DNA of 64,000 bases from Bacteroidota bacterium (GCA_963169455.1 CAUJDW010000044.1:1244-65243); one strand, 5' to 3'; positions 39,580-49,695 are shown, numbered from the stretch's first letter. The notes: generated by a model from the letters alone, not told the origin. A program made the numbers and translations.

Positions 39580-41700
39580 ATGCGTAATGTTAAATGCTTG
39601 CCCGGCGGCGCTTTGGCGGCGGCGGGCAGAAGGCCTTCCGGCCGGCAATGGAAGTGGCGGCTCTCCCTGCCCCTGCCTTTCCTGTCGTTGTTTTTCGCGC
39701 TCCAGGCTCAACAAGCCGACACTTTGTTATTTGACATCCTTGACTCCGTTACCGTTACGGCATCCCGTCTGGAGAGCCGGGAAGGAGAACAGCCCTTCTC
39801 CTTGTCCGTCCTGACAAGGGAACGCCTGCAGGAGGGCCAGCAGCAGTTGTCGCTCGACGAAGCGTTGGCCGGCGTGCCCGGGCTGTTTATGATGGGCGGC
39901 GACAATTTTTCACAGGACATCCGGCTTTCGCTGCGCGGCTTCGGCGCCCGTTCCGCCTTCGGCATTCGCGGCATCAAGGTAATTGTGGACGGGCTGCCGG
40001 AATCGACGCCTGACGGGCAGGGGCAGGTTGACAATATCGATGCCGGCCTGCTCGGCCAGGCGGAAGTCGTGCGCGGGCCTGCTTCGGGCCTGTACGGTAA
40101 TGCAGCGGGTGGCGTTATCAGCTTTTCAACCGAAGAGCCGCCGGCTGCTCCCTTTGCCGAGGCGCGCCTCAGCGCCGGCAGTTTCGGGTTTCCGCGCTAC
40201 CAGTTAAAAGGCGGCATGCAAAAAGGCAGGCTCGGCTTCCTGGCCTACGGCAGCCACACCAGTACGAATGGCTATCGGGAAAACAGCCAAATGCAAGCCA
40301 GCTTGTTCAACGGCAAGCTGAATTATTCCTACAGCCCAAATGGCCGCCTCCGGCTGCTGCTCAACCTCGTTGACAGCCCCCTTGCCGGCGATGCGGGCGC
40401 CCTGAGCCGGGCGGGGTTGGAAGAGGACCGCCGGCAGGCCTGGGGCCCCAACCTGGCATTCGAAGCCGGCGAGTCAGTCCGGCAGGGCAGGGCGGGCCTC
40501 CTCTGGGAGCAGTCCTGGCGGGAACGCCATCAACTGGAAGCCCGCCTGTTCTATCTGGCGAGGGATTTTGAAAACCGCTTGCCCTTCGAAGCAGGCGGCA
40601 TCGTCGGGTTGGGCAGGCAGTTCTTCGGCGGCGGCGCCAGTTACCGCTATCAGGGCAAACTGGGGCAAATGCCCTATCGCTTCCGCATGGGCATGGACGT
40701 GGAACAGCAAAGGGATGAGCGTGAGCGCTTCGACAACCTGGCCGGCGAGCCCGGCGCCCGCTCTCTCCTGCAGGACGAGATATTCCGTAGCCTGGGCTTG
40801 TTCATTGTCCAGGAACTACAGCCCGCCCCGGGCCTGAAGGTGCTGCTAAGCACGCGCTTCGACGCGGTGGAGCTTGAAGCCCGCGACCGATTCCTGGCCG
40901 ATGGCGATGATTCCGGCAGCCGTTCTTACGACAATTTCAACCCCGGACTGGGAGTGCTCTACGTCTTTAGTCCGGCTTTCCGCCTGTTCGGCAACCTGTC
41001 GGGCAGCTTTGAAACGCCTGCCCTGAGCGAATTGTCGGCCAACCCGGCGGGAGGAGGCTTCAACCCGGAGCTTTCCCCGCAGCGCGCCTTCAACTACGAA
41101 CTGGGCCTTGGCGGCAGGCTTGGGCGGCGCATAAACTTCCAATTGGCAGGCTTCTTCATTGCTCTGGAAGATGAACTTGCCCCTTATGAGCTGGAGGCCT
41201 TTCCCGGGCGTATTTTTTACCGCAATGCCGGGCGTTCTTCCCGCCGCGGGCTGGAGGCCGGCCTGCACTATCAGATCGCATCCGGGCTGGCGGCTTCGCT
41301 GGCTTATACCTGGTCGGATTTTACTTACCAGGATTACCGGACTTCCGCCGGCGATTTTCAGGGCAACCGCCTTCCCGGCATCCCGGAGCATTTCGCCTTT
41401 CTCAACCTCCGCTACCTGCATGCTTCCGGCCTGAAGGCCTCCCTGCGATGCCGCTACACCGGCGCCCTCTACGCCAATGACGCCAATACGGACAAAGACG
41501 ATGCCTACCTGGATATAGGCCTGCGCCTGAGCTACAGCCGCCGGTGGGGCCAGTGGGGGGTGCACCCTTTCCTTGGCGTCAACAACCTGCTCGATGCGCG
41601 ATACAACAGCAATGTGCGCATCAATGCCTTCGGCGGGCGATACTATGAGCCGGCGCAGGGGGTGCATGGGTTTGTGGGGGTTAAGGTCGTAAGGTCGTAA
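39580..41700 (+). CDS. TonB-dependent receptor
   Basis: Plug region (DSVTVTASRLESR, IRGIKVIVDGLPES) and a long beta-barrel with YxxxF-type strands. The last codons and the stop lie inside the 8-bp repeat tract. Confidence 0.85.
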   Translation: MRNVKCLPGGALAAAGRRPSGRQWKWRLSLPLPFLSLFFALQAQQADTLLFDILDSVTVTASRLESREGEQPFSLSVLTRERLQEGQQQLSLDEALAGVPGLFMMGGDNFSQDIRLSLRGFGARSAFGIRGIKVIVDGLPESTPDGQGQVDNIDAGLLGQAEVVRGPASGLYGNAAGGVISFSTEEPPAAPFAEARLSAGSFGFPRYQLKGGMQKGRLGFLAYGSHTSTNGYRENSQMQASLFNGKLNYSYSPNGRLRLLLNLVDSPLAGDAGALSRAGLEEDRRQAWGPNLAFEAGESVRQGRAGLLWEQSWRERHQLEARLFYLARDFENRLPFEAGGIVGLGRQFFGGGASYRYQGKLGQMPYRFRMGMDVEQQRDERERFDNLAGEPGARSLLQDEIFRSLGLFIVQELQPAPGLKVLLSTRFDAVELEARDRFLADGDDSGSRSYDNFNPGLGVLYVFSPAFRLFGNLSGSFETPALSELSANPAGGGFNPELSPQRAFNYELGLGGRLGRRINFQLAGFFIALEDELAPYELEAFPGRIFYRNAGRSSRRGLEAGLHYQIASGLAASLAYTWSDFTYQDYRTSAGDFQGNRLPGIPEHFAFLNLRYLHASGLKASLRCRYTGALYANDANTDKDDAYLDIGLRLSYSRRWGQWGVHPFLGVNNLLDARYNSNVRINAFGGRYYEPAQGVHGFVGVKVVRS

Positions 41701-41782
41701 GGTTGTAAGGCTTGCCCGGCTCGCAGAGACGGGTCGTAAGGCTTGCCCGGCTCGCAGAGACGGGTCGTAAGGTCGTAAGGTC
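41683..41782. repeat. Composite tandem repeat: (AAGGTCGT)x3, then a 31-bp unit AAGGCTTGCCCGGCTCGCAGAGACGGGTCGT x2, then (AAGGTCGT)x~2
   Basis: Read directly from the sequence. The 31-bp copies sit at 41707-41737 and 41738-41768. The receptor stop codon (41698-41700) is part of the repeat. Confidence 0.9.
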
Positions 41783-42162
41783 AGCACGTCGACATGTTGA
41801 GCGTAGCGAAATCCCGTACCGACGAAGGAGGCCGGGATCGGCATGTTTACTGGCCTACTGACGTTTGGACTTAGGCTGTTCCGGGTTATGAAGGCGGAAG
41901 GTGGAAGAGGGAAAGAGCCAAGAAATTCCTGGAATCGCCAGGTTTTTCCGACTTCCGGTTTCCGCCTTCCCACTTTAAGCAGGGGGTTCCAAGGCACTTT
42001 CCCAAACGTCCAAAGTCTAAACTGACGACTGCCTACTGGCGTACGGATTTGTCATTCAGCTTTCCCAATTCGGGAATTTGTCAGGGCGGGGGCAACTATT
42101 CTGGGAAAATGGCTACTTTAAGAGGGAGAAAACCCTATTGTCTAATCTAATTCAAAGAGCTT

Positions 42163-44565
42163 ATGAAGCGGACTATTTACCATTACCTGCCTCTGTTGTT
42201 CCTGATTGCGGCATTGCCGGCCCCCGGCCAGGTGGCCTATGTAAAGCAGGATGCCGCCGGCGCCAACGATGGTACATCCTGGGCAAACGCCTACACCAGC
42301 CTGCACGATGCACTGGCCGATGCAACGGCGGCGCAGATATGGGTTGCCGCCGGAACCTACCTGCCCGGCGCCACGACACTGGACGTATTCTTTGTCGGGC
42401 GGAGCGTTGAAATTTACGGCGGCTTTGCCGGTACGGAAAGCAGCCTGGAGCAGCGCGATATAGCGGCCAATGCCACCATCCTCAGCGGCGACCTGGCGGG
42501 AGATGATATCGCAGGCGATTTTACTGCCAACCGTGGAGACAATGCCTTGCATGTCGTGTATGTCGACAGCCTGGTGACGGGCGGCGTCACCATCGATGGG
42601 TTTACGGTGCGCAACGGGCACAGCAATGCGGAGATCAACGGCCAGCCGGAATATTATTACCGGGGTGGAGGCATTTTTGCGTACAGCACCATAGAGGTGC
42701 GCAACTGCACCTTCACGCAGAACCATGCGCGCGCCGGCGCTTCGGCCTTTGTGCGCCGCAGCACGGCCAGCGGCTCGCGCTTCGGGAACTGCCGGTTCGA
42801 AGAGAATTTCACCAGTTCGCAATCGGCAGGCATTTATCTGGAAGCCACCTCGGACATCGTTGTTGAGAACTGCGAATTCATTGACAATAACACCAACCGA
42901 GGGGTATTATACCCGGCTTATTGCACCGATGTTCAGATACTGAACTGCCTGTTCCAGGGCAATGTGAATGCCTCCGGTTACGGCGGCGGATTTTTTGCCT
43001 GGCAGCCGGTGAATCTGTACGTCGGCAATTGCACCTTTCTCGACAACCAGGCTGCCAATGCGGCGGGCATGTATATTGACCAGCGCGAACTCACCAGCTA
43101 CGATCCCGCCCTGGTTATCATCGACAACTGCACTTTCGATGGCAGCGCCGCAACCGATTACGGCGGCTCGGGCATATTTTTCTTCAATTCCAGCTTTACC
43201 GTGATGAATTCCTCCTTCCGGAACGGCGAGGCCCCCAGTTCGGCGCCTGCCATCTATGCAGGAGGCGACGGGCAGGACTTCATCATCGACAACTGCCTTT
43301 TCGAGAACAACTCCTCCAACTTCGCCGCCTCGATCGCCAACTATGTGGGCCTGGGCTCGGGGCTTATCCAGAACAGCACTTTCCGGGCAAACAGCGCCAA
43401 CAACGGCGGTGGTTCCGTCTCGGGCGGGTTCACATCCAGGACTACCGTGGACAACTGCACTTTTGAGGAAAACTCGGCCGGATACGGCGGCGCCATATTC
43501 TTGCAGAACGACTCGACGGAAATGACGGTGCTGAACTCTTCCTTTTTCGGCAATGTGGCCAGCACCTCCAGCGGCGGTGCGATCCTCACCAATTCGGGCA
43601 TCCCGCTGACGGTTGAGAGCTGTACTTTCGAGGCCAACCAGGGGACGACGGGCGGTGCTATTTCCGTGACGGAAGACAGCCTCAACCTTTCACTGCTGAC
43701 GGTTCGCAACAGCATTTTCAATTTCAACATTGCGGAAACCCAGGGCGGCGCAATCAACATCAACAATGCCGACGCCATTTTGGAAAGCAACCTGTTTGCC
43801 AACAACAACGCCCTGGATATCGGCACCGGCGGCGCCCTGTCTCTCAATTCCGGCGCGGGTGGTGAGGTGGAGGATATGCAGGTGGTGGTCACCAACTGCA
43901 CATTTGCCGACAATGTCGGCGCCCTGTCGGCAGCTATAGCCAACTGGACGGACGGCACGGCCAGCTCCACAACCACCCTGCAGAACAACATATTTTCCAA
44001 CCCTCTGGGCCTGGATTATGTCGTGGAAGACGGCAGCCCCGAAGTCGTTTCCAACGGCGGCAACCTCTGCATTTTGGGCCTGCAGCCTGACGTTTTCGAC
44101 AACGCCCAGGATATTCTGGATGCGGACCCCCTGTTTGTCGAACCGGAAGCATTTGATTTCCACATCATGGAGGGCAGCCCCTGCATAGACGCCGGCGTAG
44201 CGGAAGGCGCTCCGGAATTCGACCTTGAAGGCCGGCCGCGCTATGATGAAGTGGACATCGGCGCTTATGAGTTTGACAAAACGATCGGCGTTCAGGAACG
44301 GCCGGTGGCCGACTATGCGCAGGCCCGCATTTTCCCCAACCCGGTTTCTGAGAATGCCTTTCTGCAGATGGAGAACGATTGGACGGGCGAGCTCCGGGTA
44401 GCCATTTTTTCACTTTCCGGGCAGGAGGTTCAGGCTTTTGCGATTGAAAAATCGGCGCGCCTGCAGCAATGGCCGCTGAAGGTGGGCCACTTGCAGCGCG
44501 GCGCCTACAAGCTGGTGGTATCCGATGGGCAGCGCGCCCTGGCGGCCCACCTGATCCGATTGTAA
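42163..44565 (+). CDS. Right-handed parallel beta-helix repeat protein with T9SS type-A C-terminal domain
   Basis: Many NxxFxxN-type repeats (NCTFxxN, NSxFxxN, GGAI). The C-terminus RIFPNPVSENAFLQME...GAYKLVV fits a CTD. Confidence 0.8.
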   Translation: MKRTIYHYLPLLFLIAALPAPGQVAYVKQDAAGANDGTSWANAYTSLHDALADATAAQIWVAAGTYLPGATTLDVFFVGRSVEIYGGFAGTESSLEQRDIAANATILSGDLAGDDIAGDFTANRGDNALHVVYVDSLVTGGVTIDGFTVRNGHSNAEINGQPEYYYRGGGIFAYSTIEVRNCTFTQNHARAGASAFVRRSTASGSRFGNCRFEENFTSSQSAGIYLEATSDIVVENCEFIDNNTNRGVLYPAYCTDVQILNCLFQGNVNASGYGGGFFAWQPVNLYVGNCTFLDNQAANAAGMYIDQRELTSYDPALVIIDNCTFDGSAATDYGGSGIFFFNSSFTVMNSSFRNGEAPSSAPAIYAGGDGQDFIIDNCLFENNSSNFAASIANYVGLGSGLIQNSTFRANSANNGGGSVSGGFTSRTTVDNCTFEENSAGYGGAIFLQNDSTEMTVLNSSFFGNVASTSSGGAILTNSGIPLTVESCTFEANQGTTGGAISVTEDSLNLSLLTVRNSIFNFNIAETQGGAININNADAILESNLFANNNALDIGTGGALSLNSGAGGEVEDMQVVVTNCTFADNVGALSAAIANWTDGTASSTTTLQNNIFSNPLGLDYVVEDGSPEVVSNGGNLCILGLQPDVFDNAQDILDADPLFVEPEAFDFHIMEGSPCIDAGVAEGAPEFDLEGRPRYDEVDIGAYEFDKTIGVQERPVADYAQARIFPNPVSENAFLQMENDWTGELRVAIFSLSGQEVQAFAIEKSARLQQWPLKVGHLQRGAYKLVVSDGQRALAAHLIRL

Positions 44566-44771
44566 GCCGGGATGCATGTTGTTTAATGAACCGCAGGGGT
44601 GCATAAGCGCAGGGGTTTTCCAAAGCTGTGCCGGGGCGCCTCTGCGGTTCAAAAAACGCGAGTGGCAAGGCCAATTCAATTAACAATACCCATCACCCCG
44701 GATTTGCCATTCGCCATTGGGCTGTTTTTGCCAAAGCCGATGAACTTTCCAGTCCGGCTGCTGAGCGGGGC

Positions 44772-45146
44772 CTACAGGAAAATGCCGTATAAGACGGTGG
44801 TAAAAACGGCCATCAGAATAGCCAGGATAAAAGCCGAGAGGAAATCCCGGATCTTAAAGCCTTTCAGGAAATAAGCAGCCAGCAGGAGCAGCACGGCATT
44901 CACCACAAAGGTGAACAGCCCCAGGGTCAGGAACCGCAGGGGAGTGGTGATCCATTGGAGGAAGGAGCCCAGTGTGGCGTTCAGGAAGGAGAGCACTACG
45001 GCCACGACGAGGGCGCGCGTAAAATCCTCGATCTCCACCCCTTTCAGCAGGTGGGCGCCCGCCATGAGCGCGAGGGCGTTGAGCAATATTTTGATGATGG
45101 CTTCTCCGACGGAGCCGAAGATAGCGTCTAACAGGATGATGTCCAT
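44772..45146 (-). CDS. DUF360 / 'holin family IV'-type small membrane protein (YvlD-like)
   Basis: MDIILLDAIFGSVGEAIIKILLNALALMAGAHLL, with 3-4 TM helices. The start ATG overlaps the upstream gene's stop (TAATG). Confidence 0.7.
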   Translation of the reverse strand: MDIILLDAIFGSVGEAIIKILLNALALMAGAHLLKGVEIEDFTRALVVAVVLSFLNATLGSFLQWITTPLRFLTLGLFTFVVNAVLLLLAAYFLKGFKIRDFLSAFILAILMAVFTTVLYGIFL

Positions 45147-45436
45147 TACTTCTGATTGGTGGTTTGTGCTTTTAAACCTTCGAGTTCCTGCCGGCACTGC
45201 TGCAGTTCTTTTTCAAGCTGGCCGATGCGCAATTCGAGCCTTTCGATTGTAGTGTCGGGCCTGTCGGCCTGAACATTTACTACCTCTTCCCTCGGTGCGG
45301 TATCCAGCCCCAGCTTATCCCTCAGGCTGAGGGGGTCGTCGCCATTATACCAGGAAGCGCCGAAATAGGCCAGGGGCACGATGATGAGCATGACGATGAA
45401 AAAACGCGCAAAGGGCGTCATTCTTCTTTTAGCCAT
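45146..45436 (-). CDS. Hypothetical membrane-anchored coiled-coil protein
   Basis: One TM (FARFFIVMLIIVPLAYFGA) and a C-terminal coiled coil (RLELRIGQLEKELQQCRQELEGLKAQ). It is translationally coupled to the DUF360 gene. The ORF-track start 45460 is TTG. Confidence 0.5.
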   Translation of the reverse strand: MAKRRMTPFARFFIVMLIIVPLAYFGASWYNGDDPLSLRDKLGLDTAPREEVVNVQADRPDTTIERLELRIGQLEKELQQCRQELEGLKAQTTNQK

Positions 45437-45565
45437 AGTTCGCTTTTTTATATTGTACAACCATAAAAATAACCCTGTCGGCCTCTATTTATATAATATT
45501 TCTACGCAATCAGGAAATTTTCGGATTAATTGGGGCGCCCATGGGTAAAATGATAATTTTGGGCT

Positions 45566-46771
45566 ATGGCTGAAGCATATATTTTTGATGCGGTTCGTAC
45601 GCCCCTTGGCAGGGGAGGCAGTGAGGGCGCTTTATACGAGGTTAAACCCATCGGGCTGTTGCTGGCGGTGCTGGAGGCCATTCCACGGCGGTGCGCTATT
45701 GGCCCTGGCGATGTGGAAGACCTCATCATCGGGTGCAATGCACCGGTCGATGGCCAGGGGCACGATATTGCCAGGGCTGCGCTGCTGTATGCCGGCTGGG
45801 GCGGCGCCACGGCGGGCGTGCAGATCAACCGCTACGACGCATCCGGCCTGGAGGCGGCCATTCTGGCGGCCATGAAGGTGCGTTCCGGCTGGGCGCAACT
45901 GGTGCTGGCCGGGGGGATGGAAAGCATGAGCCGGGCGCCTGGCGGCAGCGATGGCGGCCCGCTGACGTACGACCCCGAGGTAATGGCCAGGGCCGGTTAC
46001 ATGGCCCCCGGTGTGGCCGCCGACCTGCTTGCCACGCTCGAAGGTTTCGGCCGGGAAGCGCTAGACCAATACGCCTGCCAGTCGCAGCAGCGCGCCAGCC
46101 ATGCCCGTGACAGCGGATATTTCAGCCGGTCTATCATTCCCATTTATGACCAGAACGGATTGCTGATCCTGGGCGAGGACGAGCAGTTGCGCCCGGATAC
46201 CACCCCTGAGGGGCTGGCTCAACTGCCGCCGGCCTATGAAGCTCTGGGGCGGCAGGGCTATGAAGAGATTGCCCTGCAGCAGTTCCCGGTGCTGGAGCGC
46301 ATCCACTACCGGCATACAACCGGCAACTCCAGCAACCCAGCCGACGGTGCGGCGCTGGTGCTGGTGGGCAGCAGGGAAAAAGGGGAGGCCCTGGGACTGA
46401 AAGCCCGCGCCCGCATCCGGGCGGCGGCCACGCTTAGTTGTGGCATGGCCCTTATCCAAACCGGCGCCGTGCCTGCCGCCCGAAAGGCGTTGCAATTGGC
46501 CGGAATGCAACCGGAAGATATCGGTTTGTGGGAGTGCCAGGAGCCATTTGCGGCTGTGGCCCTGCATTTTCAGCGCGAACTCGCTGCCGCTGAGGGCGCC
46601 TTTAACGTCAATGGCGGGGCTATTGCGCTGGGCCACCCTGTAGGCGCCAGCGGCGCGATCTTGCTGGGCGCCCTGCTCGATGAGATGGAGCGGCGCGATG
46701 TGGCTGCCGGCATGGCCGCGGTTGGCGCCAGCGGCGGAATGGGCGCCGCGATGGTTATCGAGCGCATATAA
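45566..46771 (+). CDS. Thiolase-superfamily protein (FadA-like fold) lacking both catalytic cysteines
   Basis: Full-length thiolase layout (DAVRTPLGRG, NVNGGAIALGHPVGASG). However, the acyl-enzyme motif NRLCGSG reads NRYDASG (Asp codon at 45836-45838), and the C-terminal CIGGG motif reads VGASGGMG. Confidence 0.85.
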   Translation: MAEAYIFDAVRTPLGRGGSEGALYEVKPIGLLLAVLEAIPRRCAIGPGDVEDLIIGCNAPVDGQGHDIARAALLYAGWGGATAGVQINRYDASGLEAAILAAMKVRSGWAQLVLAGGMESMSRAPGGSDGGPLTYDPEVMARAGYMAPGVAADLLATLEGFGREALDQYACQSQQRASHARDSGYFSRSIIPIYDQNGLLILGEDEQLRPDTTPEGLAQLPPAYEALGRQGYEEIALQQFPVLERIHYRHTTGNSSNPADGAALVLVGSREKGEALGLKARARIRAAATLSCGMALIQTGAVPAARKALQLAGMQPEDIGLWECQEPFAAVALHFQRELAAAEGAFNVNGGAIALGHPVGASGAILLGALLDEMERRDVAAGMAAVGASGGMGAAMVIERI

Positions 46772-46785
46772 TCAATGAATCAGCG

Positions 46786-48903
46786 ATGATCCGATACAAG
46801 AAGGATACCGACCATATTGTGACGCTCACGCTCGACATGAGCGGGCGCAGCATCAACCTGATCAATCATGAGATCGCCGAAGCTTTCATTCCCGTCATTG
46901 AGCATCTGAAGCGGGAAAAGAGCAGGGGCCTGCTGCGGGGCGTCATTATCACTTCTGCAAAAAAGAGCTTCCTGGCCGGCGGCGAACTCGAATACCTCTA
47001 TCAGGCCCGGGAGCCGGAGGAAATATTTCGCTTTGCGGAGAAGCTGAAGGGCATCCTGCGCGACCTGGAGCGGCCGGGTATCCCGGTAGTGGCAGCCCTC
47101 AACGGGGCGGCTCTGGGTGCGGGTTTTGAGCTGGCCCTGGCCTGCCACTACCGGATCGCCTTATCGGGCCCCAGGGCATGGCTGGGCTTCCCTGAAGTGC
47201 AGTACGGGCTTATTCCGGGCAGCGGGGGCATCGTTCGGCTGATGTGGCTGATGGGCGTCGAGAAGGCCTGGCCCATTCTGAGTTCCGGCCGCCGGTACAC
47301 CCCTCAGGAGGCCCTGCAGGCCGGGTTGGTCGATGAACTGGCGGACACGCAGCGGGAAATGCTGGACAAGGCCCGCAGCTGGCTCCTCCGGAACAGGGAA
47401 GGGCGCCGCCCCTGGGACCGATCCGGGGGCGCTATCCCCGGCGGGACGGCGCGCGAGCATGGGGTGGCTGCCGTCATCCGGCAGCTGGCTACCCGGCTGG
47501 CAAGCCGGACGCATAATAACTTTCCGGCTCTGCAGGCCATCCTCAATATCCTGGCGGAAGGTTCCAGGGTGGATTTCGACACGGCTTCACGCATCGAGAG
47601 CCGCTACTATACCGGGCTGCTGTGCAGCCAGGCCAGCAAGAATATGATCAAGGCCTTCTGGTTCGACTACAACTTTATCAAGGAGGGCGGCAACCGGCCC
47701 AAGGGGTTCGGCAAATTCCGGCCCCGCAGAGTGGGCATCATTGGCGCCGGACGCATGGGCTCCGGTATTGCCCTGGCCTGTCTCAACCACGGGTTGTCGG
47801 TCGTTCTGAAGGACGTATCCAAGCCCATTGCGGACCGCGGCAGGGAATATGTGCGCCAACGCCTGGAAGAATGGGCCGCCGAGGGCAGAAAGACGGAAAC
47901 AGAGCGGGAGGATATGCTGAACCGCATCCAGACTACGGAGAGTTCGCGCGACTTCGAAGAATGCGATCTGGTCATCGAGGCCGTTTTCGAGAACCGGATG
48001 GTCAAGCAGAAAGTGATGCGCGAAGCAGAGGAATTTATGGATGACTATGCGCTCTTTGCGAGCAACACCGTTTCCATTCCCATAACCAAACTGGCCGAGG
48101 GCTCTCTGCGGCCGGAGAACTTCGTTGGGCTCCACTTTTTCCCCCCCGCTGAAGAAGTGCCCCTGGTGGAGATCGTACGCGGCGCCCGGACCTCAGACGA
48201 GACGGTAGCCCGTGCTTTTGATTTCGTCCGTGCGATCCGCAAAACCCCGATTGTGGTAAAGGACGACTGGGGCTTTTTCGCGGCCCGCGTCCAGAATACC
48301 TACATCCTGGAAGGCATTACCATGTTGCAGGAGGGATATCCGCCTGCTCTGATCGAGAACCTGGGGCGGCAGGCCGGCATGCCGTTTGGCGCCCTGGCTC
48401 TGGCTGACAGCCTTGGGCTCAACATGGTGCTGCGCTACGAGAACCAGGCCGCCGAGCACTATGGCGCCAAATACGTGCAGCATCCCGCCGTGGGCGTACT
48501 GAAGGCCATGTTGGAGGAACTGCAGCGCCCGGGGCAGCAAAAGCGGGCGGGTTTTTACGATTACGAAGCCGGAGGAGCCAGCAGGCTGTGGCCCGGCCTT
48601 GCGGAGCATTTCCCGGTTTCAGTTGAGGATTTCGACCGGCAGGAACTGGAAAACCGCTTCCTTTTCGCCCAGGTGCTGGAAGCCGTCTGGTGTATGCAGG
48701 AAAAAGTTATCCACTCAGTTGCAGCAGCCAACCTGGGCAGTATTCACGGCTGGGGATTTCCGGCGTTTAAAGGCGGGGTCATACAGTTTATGCACGATTT
48801 CGGCCCCGAGGCCTTTATTCGGCAGTGTAAAGACTATGAGTCGAAGTTCGGGCAGCGGTTCAGAGCCCCCAGAATACTCCCCGGGCTGCTGGGCCTGAAG
48901 TGA
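46786..48903 (+). CDS. Bifunctional enoyl-CoA hydratase / 3-hydroxyacyl-CoA dehydrogenase (FadB/FadJ-like)
   Basis: Crotonase motifs ALNGAALGAGFELALAC and GFPEVQYGLIPGSGG. NAD-binding site VGIIGAGRMGSGIA. HAD motifs ASNTVS and HFFPPAEEVPLVEIV. Confidence 0.9.
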   Translation: MIRYKKDTDHIVTLTLDMSGRSINLINHEIAEAFIPVIEHLKREKSRGLLRGVIITSAKKSFLAGGELEYLYQAREPEEIFRFAEKLKGILRDLERPGIPVVAALNGAALGAGFELALACHYRIALSGPRAWLGFPEVQYGLIPGSGGIVRLMWLMGVEKAWPILSSGRRYTPQEALQAGLVDELADTQREMLDKARSWLLRNREGRRPWDRSGGAIPGGTAREHGVAAVIRQLATRLASRTHNNFPALQAILNILAEGSRVDFDTASRIESRYYTGLLCSQASKNMIKAFWFDYNFIKEGGNRPKGFGKFRPRRVGIIGAGRMGSGIALACLNHGLSVVLKDVSKPIADRGREYVRQRLEEWAAEGRKTETEREDMLNRIQTTESSRDFEECDLVIEAVFENRMVKQKVMREAEEFMDDYALFASNTVSIPITKLAEGSLRPENFVGLHFFPPAEEVPLVEIVRGARTSDETVARAFDFVRAIRKTPIVVKDDWGFFAARVQNTYILEGITMLQEGYPPALIENLGRQAGMPFGALALADSLGLNMVLRYENQAAEHYGAKYVQHPAVGVLKAMLEELQRPGQQKRAGFYDYEAGGASRLWPGLAEHFPVSVEDFDRQELENRFLFAQVLEAVWCMQEKVIHSVAAANLGSIHGWGFPAFKGGVIQFMHDFGPEAFIRQCKDYESKFGQRFRAPRILPGLLGLK

Positions 48904-48909
48904 GCCTCC

Positions 48910-49572
48910 CTATTCTCCCGAAGTGGGCTGTTCTTTATAGCCGGGCAGCCGGCTCATCCCTAATTTTATCGCCCCCCAGACAATCGGAATGGCGGTGACC
49001 ACCACCAGGGCGAGGTAGATGAGCCCGAAGTTCTGCTGCACCCAGGGTATTTCTCCGAAAAAGTAACCCGCCAGGGTCAGGGGCGGCACCCAGGCCAGGG
49101 CCCCGATAAAGTTGTAGCGGTTGAAAGAATGGAAATCCATGTGCCCGATCCCGGCCACAAAGGGGACAAAGGTTCGGAACAGGGGCAAAAAGCGACCCAG
49201 CACAAGGGCTTTCCCGCCATGCTTTTCGTAAAAGAGGTGCGTGCGGTCGAGGTCTTTCTGCCGTATCAGTTTCCACCGGCTCACCAGTAGCCGGTCGCCA
49301 AAATAGCGCCCAATGAAAAAGTTGGATGTATTGCCCAGCACCGCCGCAATGAACAACAATATCAGCACCCATTCGATGTCAATGGCGCCGGATGCTGCAA
49401 TAACCCCCGCCGAGAACAGCAAGCCGTCACCCGGCAGGAAGGCCATGACCACCAGCCCCGTTTCGCTGTAAACGATCAGAAACAAGAGCACGTAAATCCA
49501 CATTCCGTACTGGTGGGAGAATTCCAGCAGATGATCCTCTGCATTGATCAGAAACTCGAATATTTCCTGCAT
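48910..49572 (-). CDS. DedA/VTT-family membrane protein
   Basis: FLPGDGLLFSAG and GRFLPLFRTFVPFVAG motifs. ATG 49572 is preferred over the TTG at 49614. Confidence 0.85.
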   Translation of the reverse strand: MQEIFEFLINAEDHLLEFSHQYGMWIYVLLFLIVYSETGLVVMAFLPGDGLLFSAGVIAASGAIDIEWVLILLFIAAVLGNTSNFFIGRYFGDRLLVSRWKLIRQKDLDRTHLFYEKHGGKALVLGRFLPLFRTFVPFVAGIGHMDFHSFNRYNFIGALAWVPPLTLAGYFFGEIPWVQQNFGLIYLALVVVTAIPIVWGAIKLGMSRLPGYKEQPTSGE

Positions 49573-49695
49573 ATCAACTTTAAAATTTGGCGCAATTTCG
49601 GTGGTTTTGCCCAATTCCCGGCAATTCCTGCCTGGCTTTGAAACGGTTTCAAGCCAAATAATGTTTTAAGTATTTTCCGGGCAATATTTAGACTA

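Noticed and set aside
41650-41700. The idea that the repeat insertion destroyed the receptor's terminal aromatic beta-signal, since the protein ends VKVVRS.
   Set aside because: The second TonB-dependent receptor in the window (ending LKWGGE) also lacks a terminal Phe, so a non-aromatic C-terminus is not evidence of damage here.
44772-45460. A prophage or lysis cassette, because DUF360 proteins are often labelled 'phage holin family'.
   Set aside because: There are no endolysin, capsid, terminase or integrase genes nearby. DUF360/YvlD-type genes are common chromosomal membrane proteins.
45554-45561. A TAATTTTG -7-like box in front of the thiolase-like gene.
   Set aside because: It ends only 4 nt before the ATG of a canonical thiolase N-terminus, which is too close to be a functional promoter for that start.
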